A stretch of DNA of 23,526 nt from Opitutales bacterium. GTDB lineage: Bacteria; Verrucomicrobiota; Verrucomicrobiia; Opitutales; UBA9783. The stretch is from assembly GCA_024407725.1 (NCBI GenBank), contig JAKSVZ010000013.1, forward strand, positions 1 through 23,526, written 5' to 3'. Under the pieces are notes generated by a model. That model had not been told where the DNA came from, did no database searches, and saw nothing but the letters and a program-made list of their open reading frames with translations. The position numbers and the translations under genes are program-made. Below, piece after piece: positions 7,936-18,001 of this stretch (within the stretch, counting starts at the first letter, position 1; each line of letters begins with the position of its first letter).

Positions 7936-8675
7936 AAGTAATACAGGATTGGCGTTATGCGTTCATTTTGTTGGGGCAAACCCTCAATGAACTGTGCTAT
8001 TTGTCGACCCAATGGCAACGCTATATACGCCATTGCTGCAATATGGGCTATCAAACCCTACCGATTGTAGCGATTTTGAGTTTATCGATGGGAGGTATTT
8101 TAGCTTTACAAACGGGATTTAGCTTGAGCTCATTCCCCGGCGCTCAAAGCTATTTAGGCGGTATTGTTGGATTGGCGATGTGCCGCGAATTGGGACCGTT
8201 GATGACTGCATTTTTGTTAACTGGACGCGTTGGCTCCGCTATTACAGCAGAATTAGGGTCCATGTCGGTTTATCAAGTAATCGATGCGTTGCATACCATG
8301 AATCTATCGCCGGTGCGTTTGTTGGTTATGCCGCGCGTTATGGCAGGATTAACCATGATGCCGCTATTAACCATGTTTTCCAACGCTTTGGGATGGATAG
8401 GCGGATGGTACGTTGTGCATGTAACGCCCTTTATTGCACTGAGCGACGAAATTTATTGGCGCAATTTGAAAATGTTTGTCAAATGGGATAGCGTCAGCAA
8501 TGGCCTATTTAAGGCCGAGGTATTTGCACTTATTATTACCTTAATGAGTTGCTCTATTGGATTGCGTACTCATGGAGGCCCGCGTGAAATTGGTTCGTCG
8601 GTAACCAGCACCTTGGTTCAAACCATGGTGGCTATTTTGGTAAGCGACTATGTGATAACCCAATGGTTAATGTAA
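7932..8675 (+). CDS. mlaE: MlaE/YrbE/TGD1-like ABC transporter permease
   Basis: 247 aa polytopic membrane protein with the layout and conserved central region (ELGPLMTAFLLTGRVGSAITAELGSM) typical of MlaE-family permeases. Immediately followed by the ATPase (TAA then ATG). Confidence 0.85.
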   Translation: MKVIQDWRYAFILLGQTLNELCYLSTQWQRYIRHCCNMGYQTLPIVAILSLSMGGILALQTGFSLSSFPGAQSYLGGIVGLAMCRELGPLMTAFLLTGRVGSAITAELGSMSVYQVIDALHTMNLSPVRLLVMPRVMAGLTMMPLLTMFSNALGWIGGWYVVHVTPFIALSDEIYWRNLKMFVKWDSVSNGLFKAEVFALIITLMSCSIGLRTHGGPREIGSSVTSTLVQTMVAILVSDYVITQWLM

Positions 8676-9443
8676 ATGAAAACAACACCGGTACAAATCA
8701 CTGCAGACCATTTGACGCGCGTTTATGAGCAGCGGACGGTCTTAAATTCGGTAAGTTTTACGATTCAGCCGGGAGAGGTTTTTGTAATCATGGGTCCGAG
8801 TGGAACCGGTAAAAGCGTACTGTTAAAGTTATTGGCTGGCTTGGATGCGCCTACCTCGGGTACGATCGCTATCAACAACATTCCGTTGAATAAGGCTAAA
8901 AAGCAAAAGGGGTATGTCTTGGGTTTAGTATTCCAATCAGGGGCGTTATTCAATTCCCTGTCTGTGTTTGATAACCTTGCGCTGTACTTACGAGAGCATC
9001 GCATTTGTTCCGAGGAAGAGGTAAAAAAACGGATTAAGCGGGTATTGGAGCTTGTCAATCTGAATGGAGTCGAAGAACTGATGCCGTTTAGCTTGTCCGG
9101 TGGTATGAAAAAACGGGTAGCATTGGCACGCGGATTGTTAATGGAGCCAGATGTTTTGCTGTTTGATGAACCCACTTCGGAATTAGATCCGATATCAGCA
9201 GCCTCCATTATTGAACTGATTGGGTACATTAACCGTACGTTAAAGATTACGACTGTCATTTCTACCCACGATATTTTATTGGCAAAAACAATCGGTACGC
9301 ATATAGTAGTGTTGGAGCATGGTGGGTTTGATACCCTATATACCCCTGAAACCTTACTAAAAACCAATAATTCTTTTATTGATCGTTTCTTAAATCCAAT
9401 TATTAATATCGAGCAACCACAGTTTAAAGATTTTTTGGCATGA
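8676..9443 (+). CDS. mlaF: MlaF/TGD3-like ABC transporter ATP-binding protein
   Basis: Walker A GPSGTGKS, signature LSGGMKKRVALARG, Walker B LLFDEPTSELD, H-loop STHD. ATGA overlap with the next gene. Confidence 0.9.
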   Translation: MKTTPVQITADHLTRVYEQRTVLNSVSFTIQPGEVFVIMGPSGTGKSVLLKLLAGLDAPTSGTIAINNIPLNKAKKQKGYVLGLVFQSGALFNSLSVFDNLALYLREHRICSEEEVKKRIKRVLELVNLNGVEELMPFSLSGGMKKRVALARGLLMEPDVLLFDEPTSELDPISAASIIELIGYINRTLKITTVISTHDILLAKTIGTHIVVLEHGGFDTLYTPETLLKTNNSFIDRFLNPIINIEQPQFKDFLA

Positions 9444-10198
9444 AGAACAAATACGAAGCGATTCGCGTATTTATTTTTACCTTTTTGGGGATAGGCCTCA
9501 TCGCGGTTGTCTATACTTTGTTGGGCAGTTCGCAACGGCTCAATAAAGCTGAAAATTATTATACCGCCAAAGCAAGTTTTACGGACTTACGGCAGTTAAA
9601 AATTGGCGATGATGTTCGTATCGCTGGAGTACCGGTAGGGCATATTCGGGATTTGTATTTAGAGGGAGCAAAAGGAGTAGCTATATTGGTGATTCGTAAA
9701 AAAATTACGATTCCAGAGGATTCGATAGCGTTCATTGGTACTGCTGGTATGTTGGGTGCCAATTATATTGCCATCGAACCAGGGAGGTCCTCCCTGCCTT
9801 TGCAATCGGGTGCATCGTTATATACCCAATCCGCACCGGATTTAAATAGCGTGTTAAAAGAAATGAGCGAACTATTGCGTGTGAACCAAGAAAACTTAAA
9901 TCGTATTGTTTCTAACTTGGCTGACGTGACGCATCAGTTGACAACAACGGACGGTTTGATGGGTAAGTTGTTGAATGATCCGCAAATGGGTCAAAATTTC
10001 CAGTCGATAGTCGAAAATATACGGTTATTTTCAGAAACCTTGAATAAAAAAGATAGTTCCTTAGGCCGCTTGCTCCACGATGATAAGCTGTATAACAAGG
10101 CTGAAAGTGCGTTGGATAAGGTCAATACCGCTGTTGATAGCTTGCAGAATGCAGGACCCGTCAGTGCGGTTGGAGCAACTGCTGGAGCGCTCTTCTAA
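9440..10198 (+). CDS. mlaD: MlaD/TGD2-like MCE-domain substrate-binding protein
   Basis: N-terminal TM anchor (IRVFIFTFLGIGLIAVVYTLL). MCE-domain core (LKIGDDVRIAGVPVGHIRDLYL...IPEDSIAFIGTAGMLGANYIAIEPG). Helical C-terminal region. Confidence 0.85.
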   Translation: MKNKYEAIRVFIFTFLGIGLIAVVYTLLGSSQRLNKAENYYTAKASFTDLRQLKIGDDVRIAGVPVGHIRDLYLEGAKGVAILVIRKKITIPEDSIAFIGTAGMLGANYIAIEPGRSSLPLQSGASLYTQSAPDLNSVLKEMSELLRVNQENLNRIVSNLADVTHQLTTTDGLMGKLLNDPQMGQNFQSIVENIRLFSETLNKKDSSLGRLLHDDKLYNKAESALDKVNTAVDSLQNAGPVSAVGATAGALF

Positions 10199-10219
10199 AA
10201 ACGTTCTCTTGAATTTGCC

Positions 10220-11905
10220 TTAAGCGTTGATTGACAGAAGGAATTCAACGTTGTTGCGGGTATCTTTGACGCGTTTTAACAGCAATTCCATCGTGCCTAT
10301 TGGATCGGAGGTATTAAACGCACGGCGCAGAATATAAATCTTCTTAAGTTCGTCCGGATGATACAAGAGTTCTTCTTTACGGGTTCCGCTCTTTCCAATG
10401 TTGATGGCAGGGAAAATACGTTTTTCGATCAGGCTACGATCGAGGTAAATTTCCATGTTACCGGTTCCCTTGAATTCCTCAAAAATTACTTCATCCATCT
10501 TGCTACCGGTATCAATCAAGGCAGTTCCTAAAATGGTTAAGCTGCCGCCTTGTTCAATGTTACGCGCTGCTCCAAAGAAGGCTTTAGGCCCCTGTAATGC
10601 ATTGGCTTCCACACCTCCCGATAATACCTTACCGGAGCTGGGAATGAGGGTATTATAGGCGCGTGCCAGTCGGGTAATGGAATCGAGCAAGATGATGACA
10701 TCGGAGCCCATTTCAACCAAACGTTTCGCTTTTTCAATTACGATTTCGGCGGAACGTACATGGCTTTCAGGCGGTTCATCAAAGGTTGAGCTGATGACTT
10801 CAACGCCCGGCAATAAATGCTTAAAGTCGGTTACTTCTTCAGGACGTTCATCGATCAGCAATACAATCAAATGTGCTTTGGGTTGATTTTTTACAATCGA
10901 ATGAGCGATGTTCTGCAGCAAAATTGTTTTACCGGTACGGGGCGGAGCTACAATGATTCCGCGTTGCCCAAAACCAATAGGGGTTAGGAGATCTACCGAG
11001 CGCATCGATTTGTTGTCCCAATGCTCTTCTGGTTCCGATTCCAACAAAATACGCTGCGTTGGATAACACGCGGTTAATTCCTTAAAAAAAGGAATGTCTC
11101 GCATCTCTTCCGGCTTTTTCCCCATCACGGTTTGGATGCGGATAACGCACGGACATTGTTCGTACGTTGGAGAAACAAATAGTTGCACGTATAACGTTTG
11201 CCCACACCGTAAACCATAGGCACGTACCAACGCTTTCGGGATGTAGGCACTTAAATCCCGCAGTTGGTAATTGTCCGACGCATAGCACAAAGCCCATTCA
11301 TCGGTATTCGGCAACTTAGTTGCTACCCCAGTGACCATGATGGCATGCTTTTCATTGCTCAATGAACGCATTTTCTCGTACAAAATTGCTTTGCGGGTTA
11401 CATAGGAGGAACGTAGTTGTTCCGGTGCTTCTTTCAAAAGCTCACTTAAGGATTTGTCGTACCAATCATTGAGCACAAAGGGGTCCAAGGATGGATCGGT
11501 GCATTCATTGGCAAGCGCTTCTAAGGCATTGGCGTTATGAATCAATTGCCATTGGAGGAGTTGCCCAATCCACCACCGATATTTCTGTAAATACGTTGGG
11601 GGTAGCTTAACCACTTTGTTGGGTTGATTCTTATTACCGTGCTTATTGCGGTTATTCCAATTTTGATGCTGGTTGGAATTTTCACCGTTGGTATGCGCCT
11701 CTTCGGAAGCATTGTCAGGACGAATGGTGGCTTGAGCGGCTACCGCTTCTGCTGGTTGTTCTTGAACCTCTTTAGGGGCGTTTATTAATAATTCACCTTG
11801 ATTGGTATCGGGTTTGGGCATCATGCGACGTCGTGTAAATTTTTTAACAGGTGCTTCAGGCGCATCTAAGGGGGCTCCTTCTTCCGAGAAAAGATCTTGG
11901 GGCAT
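10220..11905 (-). CDS. rho: Transcription termination factor Rho with a ~150 aa N-terminal extension
   Basis: 561 aa. The C-terminal ~410 aa is canonical Rho ([26 protein letters not shown] Walker [56 protein letters not shown]). The N-terminal extension has no Rho counterpart. Confidence 0.95.
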   Translation of the reverse strand: MPQDLFSEEGAPLDAPEAPVKKFTRRRMMPKPDTNQGELLINAPKEVQEQPAEAVAAQATIRPDNASEEAHTNGENSNQHQNWNNRNKHGNKNQPNKVVKLPPTYLQKYRWWIGQLLQWQLIHNANALEALANECTDPSLDPFVLNDWYDKSLSELLKEAPEQLRSSYVTRKAILYEKMRSLSNEKHAIMVTGVATKLPNTDEWALCYASDNYQLRDLSAYIPKALVRAYGLRCGQTLYVQLFVSPTYEQCPCVIRIQTVMGKKPEEMRDIPFFKELTACYPTQRILLESEPEEHWDNKSMRSVDLLTPIGFGQRGIIVAPPRTGKTILLQNIAHSIVKNQPKAHLIVLLIDERPEEVTDFKHLLPGVEVISSTFDEPPESHVRSAEIVIEKAKRLVEMGSDVIILLDSITRLARAYNTLIPSSGKVLSGGVEANALQGPKAFFGAARNIEQGGSLTILGTALIDTGSKMDEVIFEEFKGTGNMEIYLDRSLIEKRIFPAINIGKSGTRKEELLYHPDELKKIYILRRAFNTSDPIGTMELLLKRVKDTRNNVEFLLSINA

Positions 11906-11948
11906 AAATGAAAGAAATATAAATAATAGAATGATCTAGGATTGAAAT

Positions 11949-12006
11949 AATAGGTGAAATTTACCTATTTCATTATTAGTAAAGCGGTTGGCTCACTTCT
12001 TGTCAA
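11949..12006 (-). promoter_or_regulatory. Candidate rho promoter (TTGACA-17 nt-TTTACT on the minus strand) plus a small leader hairpin
   Basis: On the minus strand, TTGACA lies at 12001-12006 and TTTACT at 11978-11983. A 7-bp inverted repeat AATAGGT/ACCTATT (11949-11955 and 11963-11969) sits in the presumed leader before the ATG at 11905. Pattern match only. Confidence 0.3.
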
Positions 12007-12033
12007 TGATTTTATCGAAGCTAACAGGTTTTT

Positions 12034-12693
12034 TTATAGGTGTTGCTGAACTTTTTGGTAAAACGTATCGAAATCAACCCCTTCGTTGGGTATTGGGTGT
12101 AGCTTTAAGGTAATCCGTGCAAAGGGTTTGGGGATACAGAAGCGATCCCAGGTGTTGAGGTACCATGCGCGGGTTACCTCCAAATGAACCGCTACGGTTG
12201 GATAATGCTGCGTATGGACCCATTTTAACGACCCCAATTTGCATTGATTCGCGGGTCCTTGCGGACCATCGGGAGTAATAACCACATCGCCGGTTTGTAT
12301 TTTTTCTTCTGATTCTTGTAAAGCGGTTCGTCCATGCCACGTGCTTGATCCACGGATAGCTCCAATGTTGAAACAGTTTACGAGCGCTTCCAACCAAGCA
12401 CCATCGCGGCTAGCGCTGATGAGCCCATACATCGCATGCTCTTTTCGCAAATATCGTACCATGGGTGCGATAAACAGGTTGCGGTGCCATAAGTAAAACA
12501 CGCAGTGGGTATTGGCAATTTGGGTTAATAGCGCGCGCGCCTCTGGGTCTATGTGAAGGCGCAATGTCGCATGCCATAAGCGCAGCAGGAGATAAACGGG
12601 GATAACGGACCACCGTTTGATTCCCCGCAAATGATAGACTCTACGTTCAATCATTACCGTTGGTTGATTCGTGACATAGGAGCGGCTGGGCAT
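12034..12693 (-). CDS. DUF374 domain protein (lysophospholipid acyltransferase-like superfamily)
   Basis: 219 aa. LWHRNLF, ISASRDGAWLE, IRGSS..GRTAL and ITPDGPQGP blocks as I recall them for DUF374. The start may instead be the internal ATG at 12654 (MIERRV...). Either start overlaps the 3' end of mutS. Confidence 0.65.
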   Translation of the reverse strand: MPSRSYVTNQPTVMIERRVYHLRGIKRWSVIPVYLLLRLWHATLRLHIDPEARALLTQIANTHCVFYLWHRNLFIAPMVRYLRKEHAMYGLISASRDGAWLEALVNCFNIGAIRGSSTWHGRTALQESEEKIQTGDVVITPDGPQGPANQCKLGSLKWVHTQHYPTVAVHLEVTRAWYLNTWDRFCIPKPFARITLKLHPIPNEGVDFDTFYQKVQQHL

Positions 12694-15175
12694 GTTCCCG
12701 ATGCTGTTCCAAATGCGCTAAGAGAACTTTAGCGCGTTCAATGACCCATGTTGGAAGGCCAGCCAATTTAGCCACTTGGATTCCATAAGAACGGCTGCTG
12801 CTTCCAGGGCAAATATGATGCATGAAAATAATCTTATCTTCCCATTCTTTAACCGTGACATGCATGTTGAAAATGCGCGGGTAGCTTTCAGCTAATTGCT
12901 TGAGTTCGTGATAATGGGTGGCAAATAGCGTGCGTGGCCCTTGTTCCTGATCCTGATGCAAAAATTCAATCACTGCTTGGGCAATGCTGAGACCATCATC
13001 TGTACCAGTTCCTCTTCCGATTTCATCCAAAATAATAAAGGTTCGGTTGGTGGCATTGTTGAGAATGGCGGCTGTTTCTAGCATTTCAACCATGAAGGTT
13101 GACTGTCCGTTAGCTAGGTTATCATTAGCGCCAACCCGCGAACAAATGCGGTCAACCCATCCTAAATGGCAACGGGTTGCAGGTACCCAGCATCCGATGT
13201 GAGCCATGAGGGCAATGATAGCGTTTTGGCGGATAAACGTGGATTTACCGGCCATATTGGGTCCCGTTAGCACCATAATTTGATGCTGGGTGCAATCGAG
13301 GGATAAATCGTTAGCAGTAAAGTCGACCGGTTCTATGGATGAACGCAGAGCGGTTTCTACAATGGGGTGACGTCCTGCCTCAATTTCAAACACGGTGCTG
13401 TTATCAACCACCGGTCGGCAATAGTTACCGATTCTTGCTAATGTGCTCCAAGCGGAAAACACATCTAAATGCGCTAGGACATCGGCTGTCTTTTGCAACG
13501 CATCCGATTGAGCTAACACTGCATCAATAAGCTCGATAAAAACTTCGCGTTCTTTTTCCAACGCGCGTTCGCGGCTATGAAGAATAAAATCCTCTTTAGC
13601 TTGAAGAGCATCGGTCGAATAGCGTTCGTAATGGGTTAAGGTTTGTTTGCGGATGTAATGCAAGGGTACCAAACCGACATTGGATTTTGAGACTTCGATA
13701 AAGTATCCGATGGCCGCATTGTACTTAACCCGCAAGTTACGAATGCCGGTAGATTGCTGTTCTTGTGCCTCAAAGTGCTGCAACCATTCTTGGGATTCCT
13801 GCTGTGCTGAGCGCAAATGATCCAAGGTTGGGTCATAACCGGAACGGATGTATCCTCCCGCCAAAACATCATTGGGTAAATCGTCGTTCAATGCTGATTG
13901 CAGCAAGGTTTTAAGTTCATCGAACAGCTGGATTTTTTGAGCTAATGCGCGCAGTTCATCCGATGGAATTTGATTAACCAAGGTTTGAATGGCCGGCAGT
14001 TGCTGCAGGGTGGTTAAAATCGCCCCTAATTCGCGTGGAGAACGTAAGCGATTATGTAGACGCGCTAGAATACGCGTTATATCGCGGGTGCGCGGCAGAT
14101 AGGATTGTAGCGCATGGGTTGCCATAGAGGCTTTATAAAACGCTTCAATACAATTTTGACGGTAAGTAATTTCCTCCAAATCGATCAAGGGGCTGATTAA
14201 GAAACGTTGGATCAATCGGCTTCCAGCGGCTGTCTTAGCAACATCCAGAAATTGCCACAAAGAGCCTTCGCGCGTTCCCCGTTGGGTTTGAAAAATTTCC
14301 AAATTTTGCGCCGTTGCGGAATCCATCAACAATGCTTTTTTGCAATGATAACGCGTTAATTTTTTTAAATTTTTAGGCGAATGACATAAGTTTTCGGTGA
14401 TGTAGAAAACCAGCGCGTCTGCACAACTTAACGCCGGTTCATCGGTGGTTAATCCAAACCCATCCAAATGCTGCACTTCAAACAATTGTTCGAGGTGGCT
14501 TCGAGCATTAACGGCATTGAATAAGTACGAGGGTACGGTTGAAACCGCACGATTTTGGAGCAAATAGGTTAAGCGGTTGCGCTGCTCAGACGTGAGCGAT
14601 TCCGAGATAACAATTTCCTTTGGATTGAGCGATATTAAGAATGAAATTAGGCTGTCAGCATCGCTTTCAGAGGCAATTTTAAATTCGCTGGTAGATAGAT
14701 CCATCCAAGCGGCACAAAGCAATTCGCTTTGTTGATCGACGCACACAATGTATTGATTGGAGCTTGCTTCTATTTGAGCATCCTCCAAAACCGTTCCGGG
14801 GGTTAAAATACGGGTGAGCGCACGGTCGACCAACTTGCCTGGTTTGGGTTCCTCCATTTGGTCGCAAATCGCTACCTTTTTTCCTGCTTTCAGCAATTTA
14901 TCAATGTAGGTTTCAGAGGAATGAAACGGAATTCCTGCCATCGGCATTCCATTGCGCTGCGTTAAGGTTAGTCCTAAGATACGGGCGCACGTTTCGGCAT
15001 CCCCAAAGAACATTTCATAAAAATCCCCCAATCTAAAAAATAAAATCGTGTTTTCGGGAAGTTTTTGGTGAATCGATGCGTATTGACGCATCATGGGAGT
15101 TTCTGTTTTTGGGTCTGGCACATTGTTATTAAACACAACCACCCAATATGAACTCAATGAAAAAGTAAAAACCAT
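12647..15175 (-). CDS. mutS: DNA mismatch repair protein MutS
   Basis: TPMMRQY mismatch-binding N-terminus, Walker A GPNMAGKST, ILDEIGRGTGTDDG, FATHYHEL. Alternative start at ATG 15094 (MMRQY...). The upstream ATG at 15175 keeps the conserved TP before MM but adds an odd hydrophobic leader. Confidence 0.93.
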   Translation of the reverse strand: MVFTFSLSSYWVVVFNNNVPDPKTETPMMRQYASIHQKLPENTILFFRLGDFYEMFFGDAETCARILGLTLTQRNGMPMAGIPFHSSETYIDKLLKAGKKVAICDQMEEPKPGKLVDRALTRILTPGTVLEDAQIEASSNQYIVCVDQQSELLCAAWMDLSTSEFKIASESDADSLISFLISLNPKEIVISESLTSEQRNRLTYLLQNRAVSTVPSYLFNAVNARSHLEQLFEVQHLDGFGLTTDEPALSCADALVFYITENLCHSPKNLKKLTRYHCKKALLMDSATAQNLEIFQTQRGTREGSLWQFLDVAKTAAGSRLIQRFLISPLIDLEEITYRQNCIEAFYKASMATHALQSYLPRTRDITRILARLHNRLRSPRELGAILTTLQQLPAIQTLVNQIPSDELRALAQKIQLFDELKTLLQSALNDDLPNDVLAGGYIRSGYDPTLDHLRSAQQESQEWLQHFEAQEQQSTGIRNLRVKYNAAIGYFIEVSKSNVGLVPLHYIRKQTLTHYERYSTDALQAKEDFILHSRERALEKEREVFIELIDAVLAQSDALQKTADVLAHLDVFSAWSTLARIGNYCRPVVDNSTVFEIEAGRHPIVETALRSSIEPVDFTANDLSLDCTQHQIMVLTGPNMAGKSTFIRQNAIIALMAHIGCWVPATRCHLGWVDRICSRVGANDNLANGQSTFMVEMLETAAILNNATNRTFIILDEIGRGTGTDDGLSIAQAVIEFLHQDQEQGPRTLFATHYHELKQLAESYPRIFNMHVTVKEWEDKIIFMHHICPGSSSRSYGIQVAKLAGLPTWVIERAKVLLAHLEQHREHAQPLLCHESTNGND

Positions 15176-15254
15176 TGATAGGCCGAAGGTTCAGGATGAA
15201 TAGATCTGCCCGTTTGCACTCGACAATCCTTTTGACCTGCGGTAAATTATAATA

Positions 15255-15737
15255 ATGGAGATGTTACATCCTTATTGGCGTTATGAGTATATAACAGCGG
15301 CCAACAAACAGCATAACCCCAAGCTTTTTTCAGAGTTGCCTCAAAAAACGGATGAGGAAGCTCATATTTTACGCCGCAATCCGCACAGTTATTTAACCTT
15401 GAATGCTTTCCCGTATACAGCAGGGCATTTGCTCGCGATTCCTTATCGGGAGGTCGGCAGATTGAGCGATTTAAGCAATGAAGAGCGCGCGGATTTATTC
15501 AATTTAGTGGCCTATGCGGAAGATTTGCTAACGCAAGCCCTTCATCCAGATGGGTTTAACGTTGGTATGAATTTAGGATTGCATGCGGGAGCAGGGTTTC
15601 CCAATCACTTACATGTGCATATAGTACCGCGTTGGGCGAATGACCATAACTTTATGCCGGTGATTGGTGAAACGCATATGCTTCATGCAGCCGTTCATAC
15701 CCTTTGGGAACAATTAAAAAAACACGTAGTTCCTTAG
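15255..15737 (+). CDS. HIT family nucleotide hydrolase/transferase, Ap4A-phosphorylase-like subgroup
   Basis: 160 aa. N-terminal PYWRYEYI (compare the WRMEYI box), LNAFPYTAGHLLAIP, GAGFPNHLHVHIVPRWANDHNFMPV (histidine triad followed by PRW..D.NF). Confidence 0.88.
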   Translation: MEMLHPYWRYEYITAANKQHNPKLFSELPQKTDEEAHILRRNPHSYLTLNAFPYTAGHLLAIPYREVGRLSDLSNEERADLFNLVAYAEDLLTQALHPDGFNVGMNLGLHAGAGFPNHLHVHIVPRWANDHNFMPVIGETHMLHAAVHTLWEQLKKHVVP

Positions 15738-15760
15738 ACCCTTAATCGCGTACGTTCGTT

Positions 15761-18001
15761 ATGATTCGGCATGCTAAGAAAACAGTAAAAAAGGTGATAG
15801 GTAAAACCCCCGAGGTTCGTAGTCATTGGTTTAAAAATACGCTCAAGTGGGGGGGCTTTTTGCTAGGGCTTTTTGGGCTTGTTGCGTTAGGGCAGGCGAT
15901 TATGAAACCTAAGCTTTTCTTGGGTCAAGTGGCAACGATTCAGGTACAGGCCATCCGTGATTTCGAATATGTTAGCTTGTGCAAAACCCGCGAAAAGCAG
16001 CAGGAATACAAACAGCGGGTTAATCCGGTGTATAACGTGGACAAAACGAAATTTTATGCGTTTGTTAAGACCCTACAAGCCTTTCGGGATCAGTTGACTA
16101 AGCTGGAGCTTTTAGGTCCCAAGGCTCCGCGTCCGGAATTAGAGGAAATAGCTCGTCAACTGCATGCTGCGGGTATCATTATGACGCTCGATGATTTGTC
16201 GGTATTGGCTGCTATCCGTCCAACCTCGAAACGGGATCAAATCTTAGAGGAAAGCTTATATAGCTTACAGGAAATCGTTGAGCGGGGTATTGTTGATGAT
16301 CGTTTTCAGGATCCCAATATTCCGAATATCGTAACCGATTATTACAATCAAGCGATTCCGTTCGTTACCTATGTTGACGCCATTAAACAACTGCGTGCGA
16401 GTTTAGATAGTTTGTCGGTTTCGTATGAAATTTACAGCGCCTGCTTCCATCTGATGAAGCAAAACATTCAGGCAAATTTAGTGTATGATGGGAAAGCGAC
16501 GCACGAAAAGGTGCAGCAAGCAATGGATTCGGTAGCGAGCGTGCACGTTAAGATTTTATCAGGGGATTGTTTGGTAAAAGTTGGGCAGCCGGTAACTGAG
16601 GATGTGTATGAGGCCTATCAAGCGTATTTGAAGGATTTGAAGCTTTATGGGGGTAATCGCATAGCCTACTGCATGGCCTTGCTCAATAAGGGCTTCTTAT
16701 TGGCACTTTTGTTCATTTGGACGGTTCTTTTGCTCAAAATTTTCGCTTCTAAATTATCCGGTCGTGCGTGTTGCGCCATCGGGGTGATGGTGATGGGAAA
16801 TTTAGCCCTTATCTTATTGGGATTTTTCATCAGCCAAAACAGCCTACTTGGCCAACAGTTTCCCTTAGAACGCTGGGTTTCATTGGTAGGACCTACTTTC
16901 TTGGTTCCCTTACTCCTTCCGATGTTTGTATCGTTAAGCGTCAGCATCGTTATTTCGGTGTTTATGATTGGCTTAAAGGCGTTGGTGGTGGGCGATTGCT
17001 TGGATGTCTTTTTGCTCAATTTGTTGATCGGCAACATCATCCTGTATCGCTGTCGAAAAATACGGTTTAGCAAGGATATAGCGCGCGCGGTCTTTCAGGG
17101 ATTTGTCATTTATGCCTTGGGCGTGGTGATATACGATGCGGTTAGCCACAACCTTGATGGAATCGCTTGCATCCAGCAATGGGTTTTGTTGGCAATCCAA
17201 GCAGGAATTACCCTGTTGTTAGGCTACTGCCTGATTCCGTGCCTTGAGGTGATGTTTCATCAAACAACCGCCATTACCTTTTTCCGCCTGACCAATACAG
17301 ATCATCCGTTGCTGCAAAAACTGCAAACCTTGGCGTCCGGAACCTATCATCATAGTTTAACGGTTTCCCTGTTGGCTGAAAAAGCGAGCAACGAAATACA
17401 GGCGAACTCGAATTTGTGCCGCTGCTGCTCCTTGTATCATGACATTGGGAAAATAACAGCCCCAAGTTATTTTATAGAAAATCAGCAGAATGGGGAGAAT
17501 CCGCATCAGAACAAATTGCCATCCATCAGCGCTTTAATCCTTAAAAATCACGTTAAAGAAGGGGTTGCGTTGGCTCGGCAATACAAATTACCCCAAAGGG
17601 TCATTGATATTATTCAACAGCACCATGGGACGTCATTGATGCAGTATTTTTACAAAAAAGCGTTGTTGATGAAAAAGGAAGGGGAGACGGTTGAAGAAGG
17701 ATTTTTCCGTTATGATGGACCTAAACCTAGCTTTAAAGAAGCCGTTATTGTTAGTTTAGCGGATGCCATTGAAGCGGCTAGTCGTAATTTGTCTGAAATC
17801 AACGCTAACTCTGTCGATCATTTAATCAAAACGATTGTACAGGAACGATGGGTTGATCAGCAGCTCGATGGATGTCCGTTAACTTTGCAGGAATTGGAAA
17901 CCATCTGCCATTCCTTCAAAATGACCCTACTAACCATGTACCATGAGCGCATTAGCTATAACGTTACCGATATAAAACAAGATGCCGTCAAACCCGCCTA
18001 G
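15761..18001 (+). CDS. pgpH: 7TM receptor with intracellular HD hydrolase domain (7TMR-HD, PgpH/YqfF-like; candidate c-di-AMP phosphodiesterase)
   Basis: 746 aa. N-terminal TM helix, ~270 aa extracytoplasmic domain and seven hydrophobic helices (about residues 300-500). Then an HD domain with YHHSLTVSLLAE, LYHDIGKI and QQHHGT. Confidence 0.85.
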   Translation: MIRHAKKTVKKVIGKTPEVRSHWFKNTLKWGGFLLGLFGLVALGQAIMKPKLFLGQVATIQVQAIRDFEYVSLCKTREKQQEYKQRVNPVYNVDKTKFYAFVKTLQAFRDQLTKLELLGPKAPRPELEEIARQLHAAGIIMTLDDLSVLAAIRPTSKRDQILEESLYSLQEIVERGIVDDRFQDPNIPNIVTDYYNQAIPFVTYVDAIKQLRASLDSLSVSYEIYSACFHLMKQNIQANLVYDGKATHEKVQQAMDSVASVHVKILSGDCLVKVGQPVTEDVYEAYQAYLKDLKLYGGNRIAYCMALLNKGFLLALLFIWTVLLLKIFASKLSGRACCAIGVMVMGNLALILLGFFISQNSLLGQQFPLERWVSLVGPTFLVPLLLPMFVSLSVSIVISVFMIGLKALVVGDCLDVFLLNLLIGNIILYRCRKIRFSKDIARAVFQGFVIYALGVVIYDAVSHNLDGIACIQQWVLLAIQAGITLLLGYCLIPCLEVMFHQTTAITFFRLTNTDHPLLQKLQTLASGTYHHSLTVSLLAEKASNEIQANSNLCRCCSLYHDIGKITAPSYFIENQQNGENPHQNKLPSISALILKNHVKEGVALARQYKLPQRVIDIIQQHHGTSLMQYFYKKALLMKKEGETVEEGFFRYDGPKPSFKEAVIVSLADAIEAASRNLSEINANSVDHLIKTIVQERWVDQQLDGCPLTLQELETICHSFKMTLLTMYHERISYNVTDIKQDAVKPA

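Noticed and set aside
8765-9535. 256-codon ORF on the minus strand, covering the whole MlaF-like gene
   Set aside because: The plus-strand frame carries complete ABC ATPase motifs (Walker A/B, signature, H-loop). The antisense frame is low-complexity (S/N/I-rich) with no recognisable motif. This is a typical shadow ORF.
10221-10252. Short inverted repeat (CGTTGA...TCAACG) just past the mlaD stop, as a possible bidirectional terminator between the convergent mlaD and rho genes
   Set aside because: The stem is 6 bp and lies inside the rho coding sequence with no U-tract, so it is not distinguishable from chance.
15176-15254. TATAAT immediately upstream of the HIT start codon, suggesting a leaderless transcript
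   Set aside because: No acceptable -35 element lies at 16-18 nt spacing (TTGACC is only 10 nt away), so the promoter assignment is too weak to report.
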